Assembly: GCA_973895155.1 (NCBI GenBank)
Contig: OZ316898.1
Span: forward strand, 6,807,079-6,871,078
Direction of reading: 5' to 3'
Source of the DNA: Marsupella aquatica
Lineage: Eukaryota; Plantae; Marchantiophyta
DNA length: 64,000 nucleotides
The notes beneath the pieces were generated by a model. It did no database searches, was not told the DNA's origin, and saw only the letters and a program-made list of their open reading frames with translations. Below are positions 22,780 to 33,459 of the stretch, one piece after another (position 1 is the stretch's first letter; every line of letters starts with the position of its first letter). The translations under genes were made by a program, and so were the position numbers.

Positions 22780-23345
22780 TTGTGACTTTTTTCCACCTAA
22801 CCAAATTGGAGTGGACACTTCTTCATCTAGATAGACTTGTGACTTTTTTTCACCCAACCAAATTAGAGGGCCAGTTCTCGTTCTAGATAGGCTTGTGACT
22901 CCTTTTCACCAAACCAAATTGGAGGGACACTTGTTCTTCTAGACAATCTCAAGACTAAACATGCCTTGAAATGAAGTTCAGTAAATGCAAATCCCGTCAA
23001 CGAGGAGGGGGCCACAAGACCAGACATGTTTGGAAATGTGACCTTTTCTCACCAAAACAAACTGGAGTCCATTTCTTGTTCTAAAGATAGACAGAGGACC
23101 AAACATGTTTGAAATGAAGCTCAATAAATGCAAATCCTTTGAATGAGTTTTCCTTTGGGCCACAAGAGCAAACATGTTTTGAAATGTGACCTTTCTTTAT
23201 AAAACCAACTAGAGGGCCATTTCTTGTTCTGAAGATAGACTCAGGACCAAACCTTTGAAATGAAGTTTCATATATGCAACTCCCTCAAATGAAAGGAGGG
23301 GGAGGGGGGCACTCCTTGTTCTAAAGATTTACTCTCTACCAACCA
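22780..23345. repeat. Degenerate tandem array of ~55-bp units from a dispersed repeat family
   Basis: The unit gtgactttttccacc..accaaattggagggccactt...ttctag recurs about 5 times. Related motifs occur at ~26810 and ~58870, and ggagccaagttt at ~24000, ~26890 and ~59310. Confidence 0.6.
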
Positions 23346-24715
23346 ATCCCACCTTGTGTGAACGAGAAGATGCTAGGAAGATTCCTTATCTGATTTTGCT
23401 AGAGTATTTTCTGACAGTCAACACTCCCTAGATTTCAAGGATGACCATTAGATCCTGGCTCTTGGGGTCTATGGCTAGGTGGGAAATTGGCTAATGGAAG
23501 ACAGCAAACCTAGCCAATTTTTACCACCTTCAAGATGGGGAATGTAGCAAATATTCACAACTAAAAATATGCTTCTCTTGACCGTTTATCTTTCAAGTGA
23601 AAGTCCATTAAATGCAATTTCCCTTCAATGAGGGGGGCTTTCGAAGAATGACTGGATGGACACTTATTTGTTTTCTAAACTGAGATTTCATCACAACCAT
23701 TGCTTACTCTGACTGGTTTTTCTTGACTATAGAAGAGTTTTGGCGTCTGTTCCAGCTCAGGTTTGCACAACCCTACATGGGACTTGGTGGGTCTGAGTAT
23801 CCACGTGTACACTATTCTTGTGGCCAAATTTGGTCAGTCGTCTCTTGGTTTGCATACCGGGTTACATTCCTGACATTGGCCCCTCAGTTCCTCTCTGGCC
23901 TGGATCCTTGGATTTAGGCTCAAACTGGCCTAGTCATTTTGGTCTGGGAAAGGTATGACTGTCCATCCCGTGCTCCTTGTAAAGCACCCTTGACGAAGGA
24001 GCCAAGTTTGGAAATGTTTGGACCACCTGTTGGAAGTGTCTAAAGTTCATTAAAAAATAAACATTCCACAATAGTATATACTTGGGCCCACTGAGTGCGA
24101 TGTAGGATTGGTGGGTACCATACTGGAGTGGGCCCTTAAGTTGTGTACAGCTAATAGCAACCTTTTCCACTCATCACACCATCCAGATTTAATTTCACAA
24201 AGAATGGAAAGAAATAAAGTGCCCACTTCACACACTCATGGGTGAGTATCACTTATGAACAACATCATAGCCTGGTCAACAGACAAGTTGAACATAGGGT
24301 TCTTTACTTCTTTCATGCCTAGACCATTTCGGTACTCTATGGTGGATGGCTTTCTTTCTGTGTGAGTGTGATAATTGATCATCACTCACCTGATTTTTTC
24401 CCATTTTCTCAATTCTATGAACCCTTCTTTGATTTTGGACAACCTTTACTGGGAAACTCATTTATTATGGTCCATTGGATCCTGCCATGCAATGCTGCCA
24501 ATTATTATGTCCTGCCCAGTGGGCAGAAGTGGAAGACAAGAGACTTACTGCCTTCACATTTCCAAAAACTACCAGTGGTATGCAGATCCACATAACTACA
24601 GAGTTTGCTCAACATTAGCCATTCCCCGAGCCATTCTACCCTAGATTCTAGCAAGCATGGCCCAAGGTAGCATTCTCATTGCCACAAGTGAGGTTATGAG
24701 TTCAAGTTTTCTTAA

Positions 24716-24919
24716 ACCACACCTGCCCCTATAAAGAGCTACGGGTAACCCGTAGCTTTCATTGTAAAGAGAAATTGTTCAAGAATGGACTTTGAGCTCC
24801 ACAAAAGGTGCTGATTGCAGAACTTTTTTTGGCAAGTATTCCACAAAAGGTGCTAGCTTTCCACCTTTTATGGTGAGTAGTGAGACGTGGAATGAGGCTT
24901 TCATAGTGGCAGGTGTGGT
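24716..24919. mobile_element. 204-bp MITE flanked by TTAA
   Basis: TIRs ACCACACCTGCCCCTAT and ATAGTGGCAGGTGTGGT match at 16/17. TTAA sits at 24712-24715 and 24920-24923. Internally there is a perfect palindrome (24737-24757) and a direct repeat ccacaaaaggtgct x2. Confidence 0.8.
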
Positions 24920-27529
24920 TTAAGCAGACCAACTTTTGTAAAAAACCCTATCCCAAAGTGGGGTTCAACAAAGTCCTTTGCACACAAAATATTTGACACT
25001 CAAAGGAATGGGAGGTCAGTCTCTTACAACCTCAATGGAAACTGGCAAGCAGGCAACATCTAAGAGTGGGACCCAAGGGGTTCAGTTAAAATGTTTCCCA
25101 GGAACCATTGACCTGAATCTCCTGATGAGTCTTCCGTTGTATTTTCATTGAAGGTTATGGGCCATAACCCCTTTGTTCCTGGCATAATTTAAATCTGTGA
25201 TTCCTCTTGGACATAGCTTGGACCCCTTGGTTATGTAAGCTTGTTTTATTGAACTATTTGGAACCATGAATAGTTGCACATTGGAATAGGATGAGATGAC
25301 AAAGATTAAATGGAGGATTCTAAATGAAGTGAATTCTAAAGGTAGTCAAGACAATTTCATTGAAAACAACTATGAGTACATTCATGGTAAATACTGAGGT
25401 TAATTCTCCATGCAAAACATTTCCCTTAGTACCTCTATTTATATACAATAAATGTAACATTCCATATAGTTCATGCAAAACATTACTTTGTCCATAGAAG
25501 TTGAAAGGTTTTAGAGTCCCTTGTTACTCCTCTATCCATAATAGCCAAAGGGTTTCTTATGTTACCTTGCTAAATGGTAGAGAAGTTGAAACGTTTCTTG
25601 GGTTTCTTTTTTTAAAGGGAAATCTGTGAAACCCCACATAAAGAGAAGAGTTAGCCAAATAGTTGGGAAGAGTCAGCCCAACAACAGTTGGACCCAAGAC
25701 CTATAAGTCTCTAGTCAAGTGAGCTACCACAAAGTCATGCCTCTCTGGGCAGTTTCTTGGGTTTCTTATGTTAACTTGGTAAATGTTATAGTAGCTGAAG
25801 AGTTTATTTCTACTTGTAATTATTTGAAAAATGTGTAAATTAAATAGAAAATTGAAACAAATTACCAGAAAACTTATCCAGAGATTATATTCTTTCACCA
25901 CTAATTTACCCTTTTTGTTGTTTACTCGAAATGTTACTTTTCAGTTTGTCATTGTTTTTATAGTTACAGGATCTAACTGTTTTTCTTTGTCTTGCCTCAA
26001 ACACGAATAGTCAAATTTGTTTTTATTTGTCTTGCCTCAAACATGAATAGTCAAATTTGGTTCTTCTTGCATAATTAATAGTTCTTGTTTGTGACAAATC
26101 ATGCTGATGTGGCTACACATGCATCCAGGAATTTTGGAAGGAATTTCCCATGGGGTCCATAAATAATCATAAGGGGGGTTTGTGGAAACCCATGGGCTGT
26201 TTAAAGGTTATGGGTTGTAACCCCCTTAGGCTCACTGCCCTAAGGGATTCCACCCCATAACCCCCTCCAACCCATTGGTTACTCTATACATAACCCAACC
26301 CCTTTCTAATCTAAGGTATCAGCAAAGGTCTCCAGAGGAACCCCCTCAGGGAGTTCCAAGACTCATAATCCCCAGCCAACCTTGCCAAGTCTCAATATTT
26401 CAATTCTTCATGTGAACAAGACTGTTTGGGGTTAGGGTTGTTAATCCATGGCCTATTTGGGGGCAATGGGTTACCTTCCACTTCCAGACTCAGATTGATA
26501 TCATAAATATTTTTGCATTCCTAGATAATTCATCCACAGAGGGATAATTGTCATCATTATGTGTTGCCCTTTCCATGCAATCATGGAAATCATGCGGGCC
26601 TGACACTTTTCAATATGTTTATATTTGAGAAAGGCTGTACTATACATAAAGTGGCACTTATTAATAGACAAGGGACCAGCTTGAGTGGCTGGGATGTGTA
26701 AGTTATTTCACATAGGACCTGGAGGTTCACAGATATATAGCTACGGTAAGCCATTTGATGGTCATCCCACAACTCCTTTCAAGGTGACTTTACATTATGT
26801 GGGCTGGTGACTTTTTCACCAGAATAAACTAGAGGGCCACTTCTTGTTCTGAAGATTTACTCCATATCAACCAAAAAAATTGAATGAAGGAGCCAAAGTT
26901 TGCAAATGTTTGGACCACCTAATCATGGTGTGGTCTTCATTTCTAGACAGAAGAGCCTTACATTAGTGATTACTTGGGCCCATTGTTTTCCATGTAGGAT
27001 TGCTAAACACCAAACCTGAATGGGCCCAAAAGCCAACTGCAGCTACTGGCTCAATCATAGAACAAATAAAAGAAGCAATGGGCTCTAAAGTCTAGGAAAG
27101 CCACACTCACCTGTAGATTGTTTCAGAAGTGACTGTTCCTTACTCCACTCGTCAATATCTTACTGGCCCCCACCAGGCAAGCTTTCAGAGTTGAGAGTTT
27201 CTCTAGTGTTTCAGAATTAAATTGCTAGTCGTCAAATTTGATCTCCTTGAGGACTTACATTGTTCAAGTCTATATGATGTCAAGGGTCTATAACAAGCTA
27301 TTCCCTCGGGCGGGTAAAATGTGTTATGCGCCACGGGCACTTGTGGTAGTAATTAAAATGTAGGAAGTATATACAAAATACAGAAATATATCAGGGGTGA
27401 GGAATACAGTGCATAAATATAAACAAGGGGTAACAAACAGATTACAGAAGTATAAATTTTAAACCATAGGTTTCCTACCTGCAAACAGAAAAGCTTGTTG
27501 TCTTCTCTTATTGTCTTTTTTCGTTCTCT

Positions 27530-28050
27530 CTCTATATATATAACATGTTCATCCTGGAACATGTTTCATTTTTTGTACTGATATGTAATGGCTATTGGAT
27601 AGTATTTGATAACATTGAGTGTGATAATATACAAGAGTACTAGTAAAGCACATGCCAAAGAAAACTATATTACACATAATTAATAAAATAAAAGTAAAAG
27701 TGCACAAATCTTGAAAAATTGTGCACATGAGGTGCAGAATTCTGGCTTGCCATAATGACACTCAAAAGTTGTGCACGTATGAGGTACAGAAGACCTCACT
27801 TGCCTTAGGTAATGACAATAATTCCTTTTAAGTCTCCTCAAGTGCTTGGATGCTCTCCATTGAAATCTAATTGTAATAGGAATGAGAGCTCTAGGATAGC
27901 AACATAAATTCGTTGAGAGGCTTGCATGAATAATTTAGACTCTAAATAATACAAGTGATGCACTTTGTTATGGCACATTAAAATATAAATACAAAACATA
28001 AAATCTCAGTAAGACAAAATATGGAAGAGTCAATTGGCCATATAGATGTG
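27530..28050. repeat. Dispersed AT-rich repeat, copy 2
   Basis: tatataacatgttcatcctggaacatgtttcatttttt and cacttgccttaggtaatgaca match 1165-1200 and 1585-1605. Confidence 0.6.
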
Positions 28051-28053
28051 TCA

Positions 28054-28080
28054 CCCTTCCCTTCCCTTCCCTTCCCTTCC
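28054..28080. repeat. (CCTTC)n microsatellite
   Basis: About 5 copies read directly. Confidence 0.85.
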
Positions 28081-28198
28081 ACAAGCATAGTCTGAATGTC
28101 AAATAGTGTTGTTATCAGAGAAATTATGGCCTATGATTTCACTCAACTGAGTAGACAATGAACCATTGATTTTGATCATGAATTATGTATTATAGTAG

Positions 28199-28620
28199 AT
28201 TAGCCCAATGCCCGTGTGTTGCACAGATCATGTCAAAAAGAGGCAAAGATGTTGAGGTGAGCCAAAAATGTCCAGGTGAGACAAAGATGTCAAATAGAGG
28301 AAAAGATGTTAATGCAAGGCAAATATGTCAAGGAAAGGCAAGAAATACAGGTGAGGAAAGAAAGCACCACATCACAAAGTCCAGGCACAACCCTGTGAAA
28401 GAAGGGAATATTTTTGGTTTCATTTGTTCTCTTTTGTTTTATGTTTTATTTTTTAAAGAAACTAATGTTTTATATATTTTATTAATAATTTAAGCTTTTC
28501 AAAATCTCAAAGCTAATATCCAATATATTAAATTTACATTTCAGCTATTAATTATTAATTGTTTTTTCATCTCGAGCAGGTTTGGGCAGGCTACTTAGGG
28601 CAGCACAGGCAGAGGCAAAA
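28199..28620 (-). mobile_element. Non-autonomous Helitron-like remnant (3' end at ~28199)
   Basis: The minus strand reads ...ctgtgcaacacacgggcattgggCTAAt, a hairpin plus CTRR. It is preceded by gacatcttt-type repeats and shares upstream motifs with 29690-29895. Confidence 0.55.
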
Positions 28621-29146
28621 TTGAGATTGAAGAGGGTATGGATGGATCTGATGGTGCCAGAAAAATATTTTTTTGATGAAGGGCTAGGATTAGTTTCCTT
28701 TTTCTGATTTTGTAAAAGGATGATGAAATTTTTTGGCGAGCTACCCGTAGGGTATCATAATGGTAGATTTTGACTCTTTCTCTAGCCTTATATTTTCCTC
28801 TTCAATATTCAGATGTTATTTTTCTATAAGCTTTCATTTCTCCCCATCAATCACAACAATAAATTTTTCCCTTATCCTAGCTTTGGTGGTTCTTTGTCAT
28901 TTATCTGGTTTTACTATTGTCCTGGCTTCTTTATCAGATGCTAGAGTTTGTCGCCCCCTCAAATGTAGAGGATGTTCAAGGATTCTGTTAATTCATGACG
29001 AAAGACAAGATCGAGACTCATAATGAGCCTCCCGTACCCTTTTAGCCGCCCGCTGCCTGACTTTTTTTCAGTGTCACACTTTTTCTAAGTGTGACTAGAG
29101 CCTGAATGATCCCCACTTTTGGGTGGGGTGAATGACAAAAGTTTCT

Positions 29147-29215
29147 ATTGCTGCTAGCCAGATTCAAACTTGGGACCTATCACACCCCAAAGGAGCTGCT
29201 CTACCAACTAGCCTT
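29147..29215 (-). mobile_element. tRNA-derived (SINE-head-like) relic
   Basis: Minus strand ggctagttggtagagc (A-box-like) ... ggtcccaagtttgaatct (B-box-like). There is no intact cloverleaf. Similar relics occur at ~48760 and ~59150. Confidence 0.4.
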
Positions 29216-30407
29216 GGGGCAGTTGGTGTCCACACTGATTCGCTCCAGGTATTTAACCAGATACTAACGTTAGAAATATTGGGGAGCGGGCAGTCACTTA
29301 CGGGGTTGCCTTTCGTTCTTCATATTCTATTATTGTGACATTGTTCAAGCAATTAATGTTGCTCACACTAGTTCTGGTGAAGCAAACTGTTGGCTACACT
29401 AGTGAATTAGTGTTCCTAAATAAACTTTAAATCTAAAGCTATAATACAATTCAAGGTTGCGGTCTTTTATACCGGCGGTACTCAATCAAATTTGCAGTGC
29501 CCCCCAAAATAAGAATCTAGCTAACAAAAAGGGATAAAGCAAGAAGATAATTTAATTTGGTGTGACTGAAATAGAAATACACAATTCCCAAGAAGAAGGG
29601 AATCAATAGGACAAAGAAAAAGGGGAGGGCCTCTAATAATGTAGGGGGATCAAGGAGACCTCACTCTAGATAGGTTACTACATTTTGGTCCCCTGTAGCC
29701 TGCCCTCATCTGCCCAAGATACAAAAACCTTAATTTAAAAATATTTTAAATTAAAATTGTGTAAGAAAATTTTGAAAAACTTTTGAATGTAAATAAAATA
29801 TAGAAAAATATTTATTCCTCTTAAAATTGTAAGCTTAAAGAAAAACACATTTTTTCCTGTCATTCAGTTGTACTTGGATTCTATGATGCGGTGACCAATA
29901 TCTCACTTCTCCAATTTCTATGTGCAATGCATGGGTTATTGCACACGACCCCAACAACTGTATGGCCGGGATCACACATAACATGCCTCTACAACTACAT
30001 CACAAAGCTTATATGAATATGATTTGCCTTGACATATTTTTCTAATGTTTATATGTTTATCTCTCCTTAATATTGTTACTTTGCCTTGACATCATTTTCC
30101 CACATTGACATCTTTTTCTCACCACAACATAGTTTTATGACCCTCAACATCTTTTCTCACCCTCAGCATCTTTTTCTCTGCTTGAGATCTTTTCTCACCC
30201 GACTTGACATCTTATTTTCACCGCGACAAGAATCTTTTTCTCATTGCACCATGTTTTTCTTACCTTGACATCTTTATCTGACCATGACCTCTTTTCCTCA
30301 CCCTCAACATCTTTTCTCTCCTCGATAAACCCTAAATCTCACCACAACATCTTTTCCTCACCCTCAACATCTTTTCTCTTCTTGACATCTTTCCCTTATG
30401 TTTACTT

Positions 30408-33400
30408 CTCGGGGGTCTCACTATATGGATGCCTCCCCATCACCTGCGACGTTTTTAGGTCTCGGACCCCCTAAAATGTAAGAATTTAAAAATATTTTTC
30501 TGACCCCTATAAAGTTGGAATATTCTCAAAATATTCCAAAAATTTGGTTATAAGGACCCTAATGTTCTTATAAGTCCCAAAATTGGATTTAAAAGACCCT
30601 ATTGTTGTGACAGGGCCCCAAACCCGATAGTAACTTAGTGATGACTTATAATTACGTATATAAGTAGAAAGACAAGTAGGTGTAGTAAAAGTGTTTGGAT
30701 TTTCAAATTTTTTATTTTTGTTAGTTCTAATAAATGGATGCGACAACCAGAGGCCGGAGTTGAGAGGGGTGCCGGGCGGTGATGGATGACAAGGGAACCA
30801 TTGAGGGGGTACAAGGAGGCCACAAGGCAGCCCAAGGACTTGGAGCCAAGGTGTGGGCATCTTGGAGGGGTGGGGGCTGGTCGGAGGCTCCACGTAAGGC
30901 GCAAAACGGGAAGAATGACCAAAATATAGAAAACATTGAAACTTAAAACAGACGTTGCTGCGCTAGTACTTTTACAAACATGGTCACGTTTGGATTCATT
31001 TTGAAGCCCTCAATGAGCCCCATGTGAAACTGAGGTTCTCTAGTTGATTTTAGGTCTACATCAAACAGTGACATCTGGAGGGACCTCAACGCCCGTAAAA
31101 CGACAAACTAGGCAATCTTGGAGTAGTGATGGTGGGAGGGCCCTTAGAAGGAAGGGGTTCCCACACTTGTGTTCCCCTTCACCCTTTGTGTGGTCCTCAC
31201 ATGGTTTTTGCTCTCTTTCCCTTCCCCACTCCGTAGAGGGGCACTCCGTAGAAGAACACATCCGTAGAAGGGGCACTCTATATAAGAACACATCCGTAGA
31301 AGGGGCCCCCACACTTTCTTCCTCCCCTTTTTCTCTATCCTCACTTGTGAGGTTCCCACCCATTCCTAAACCCTAAACCCTTTCCCTCTTGTGCTTGCTT
31401 CCACCGTGCGTACGGACCCTGGTTGTACGAACATCAGATTTTCGACCATCTCAAAATCAGGAGTTTATGGGATTTTTGGAAAGAGCTCGCCGAGCTGAAT
31501 CCAACGATGTGTCACACGGCCAAAACGGAGCTAAGATGAAGGAGATACACTCGATCGCGTTTTTTGAGAATACGAGGGTTTTGAGGCCGTACGGACGTTC
31601 GTATGGCAGGAGGTCTCGGCTTTGCAAGGGAAGGAGGAGGTAGCAGCACATACGGGGAAACCGTGATCCGTGTTTTGCAAAGCCGGGGCCCCCTGGTGTT
31701 GTACGGACGAAACAAAGGGAGACAGTGTCCCGTGAAAACTTAAACGACCATATCTTGGCCGTTTGACCTCCGTTTTGTGCACCGTTTATGGGGCTGTGAT
31801 CAGGAAGAGGAGGGCTCCTCAGATATGTTTTCAGAAGTGAATTCTGAGAAATTTTTAGTTTTGACAATTATAAGGGCCCCCTCCTTTTACAACGGACCGG
31901 TGGTGGCGATCAGGAGGATTGAGGCGGGTAGGCAGGGTAGATAGATAGGATAGGAGGTGGTGGACTCAAGTGAGTCCTTGTTTAGCGGAGTGGTATCCAC
32001 TCCAATGGAGAGCGATGATGAGACCAACTCACGAGGCTCAAGCCAGGGCACTGTGAGTGAGGAGGAGGAGGATTGATGAGGAGACCAACTCACGGGGCTC
32101 AAGCCAGGGCACCATGAGTGAGGAGGAGGAGGATTGATGAAGAGACCAACTCATGGGGCTCAAGCCAGGGCACCGTGAGTGAGGAGGAGGAGGACTAGGA
32201 TAGTCGTACGGACTTGGTCATACGACCTCTGGATTTTGAAACTTTTTGGAAAGGTGCACTAACGGGCTTGTTGGAAAGAGCTCGCGGAGCTGATTCCAAC
32301 AAGAGGCAGCGCTCCTCAAACGGAGCCAGGATGAATAAGTTAGGGCCCGACGAAGTTGGTAAGTAAGTGATACTGAAATAGCCATAACTCGGTCGTCCGA
32401 CGTCCGTTTCGGGAGTGGTTTTGTGATTCATGATCAGGGGGAGTAGGGCTACCCAGAGGTGAGCTCAGAGGTGCAATCAGAGTGGCACCAAGTTTCGACA
32501 ATTGTGGGGTCCCTTGCATTTTTCACGGTTCACGGAGCGATGTTGGGGCGCCGTCGAAGGCACCATCGGTCCCATTGTTAGATTAGGGTTTTAGGAGCAT
32601 GTGTGTGCCGCATGCTTTAGGATTAGGGATTTCTTCGTGAAGGGTTTTAGCGGTGCCGCTAGGGTAGCCGCCACCTTTGTGACCCCGTGAGGGGGGCTTT
32701 GGTGTGTTTGTTTCTAGTATTTAGGGGGAGAGCCCCGGAGTAGTGAGGGGGGAACTCAGCATAGTGATTTGATGCTTTTGAGTAGCTTTTGTGAGTAGCG
32801 CACCGATTAGGAGAAGTTCAAGCCAGAGTAGTGAGGTGGAGAACGTAGCACTTGTCCCCGGGAGGCAGGAGTTGGGCAAACGGCAAGAGACCGGGTTGTC
32901 CTTGCATGTGTTACGGGAAACACCAAGAGATATGGATTTGGCTTGAGGTTCCAATATTTTGTGTGTCACTTGTTGTTGCTTGTGTTGTTTGTTTTCCTCC
33001 CCTAGTGCATGTGGTCGGTTTCGTTGTGGAAACATTTTCCCTTGTCACTAGTGTTCAAATCTTATTGTAAACGTTTGTATGCTTGCCCATGAGAGGGGGG
33101 TGGTGACAGCACTCACCCGGTGGGCATGAGTTGTAGATGGTAGGACCAGTCCCTTGGACTTGATCAAAAACGGAGAGACCAGTCGGTAGACTTGATCAAA
33201 AAGTACACTTTCGGGAGCGGAATCAAACATACTCATCCTTAGGTGTGGAAATCCTCCAAATAGCATCCCTCCATGACCCTGTAATACGATACCAACGGTT
33301 TAAGCGAAGAAAAGTACGGTTTGCACGTATTAATCGTTGGATAGGTAAGTGACAATTGTTCTTCTCAGAAAATTCTTAAGTTTTCCCTTCGAACCAATAA

Positions 33401-33459
33401 AATGACCCTATACTTCGTCGCACATGATATGCCATTTTTGTGGAAGTGAAACCCCCGAG
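30408..33459. mobile_element. 3.05-kb non-coding TIR element with an 8-bp TSD
   Basis: Termini CTCGGGGGTCTCACT and AGTGAAACCCCCGAG match at 14/15, with further patchy inverted blocks (TGCGACG, TAAGAATTT). Flanks are GTTTACTT (30400-30407) and CTTTACTT (33460-33467). The same array resumes on both sides. An internal direct repeat spans ~31410-31540 and ~32205-32335. Confidence 0.75.
32013..32195. repeat. 3 x 61-bp tandem repeat inside the TIR element
   Basis: agaccaactcac.gggctcaagccagggcac..tgagtgaggaggaggaggattgatga at 32021, 32082 and 32143. Confidence 0.9.

Noticed and set aside
29147-29215. Functional tRNA gene (also ~34890, ~48770, ~59160)
   Set aside because: Only A/B-box-like remnants are present, with no acceptor stem or anticodon arm that I can fold.
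31044-32431. Cluster of 70-136-aa ORFs as a transposase
   Set aside because: No DDE, RT or other domain motif. They lie in GC-rich repeats of a non-coding element.
30477-33379. Solo LTR with TGTAAGAATTT...AAATTCTTAA ends
   Set aside because: It has no terminal CA and no direct TSD. These blocks are better explained as inner parts of the larger TIRs at 30408 and 33459.
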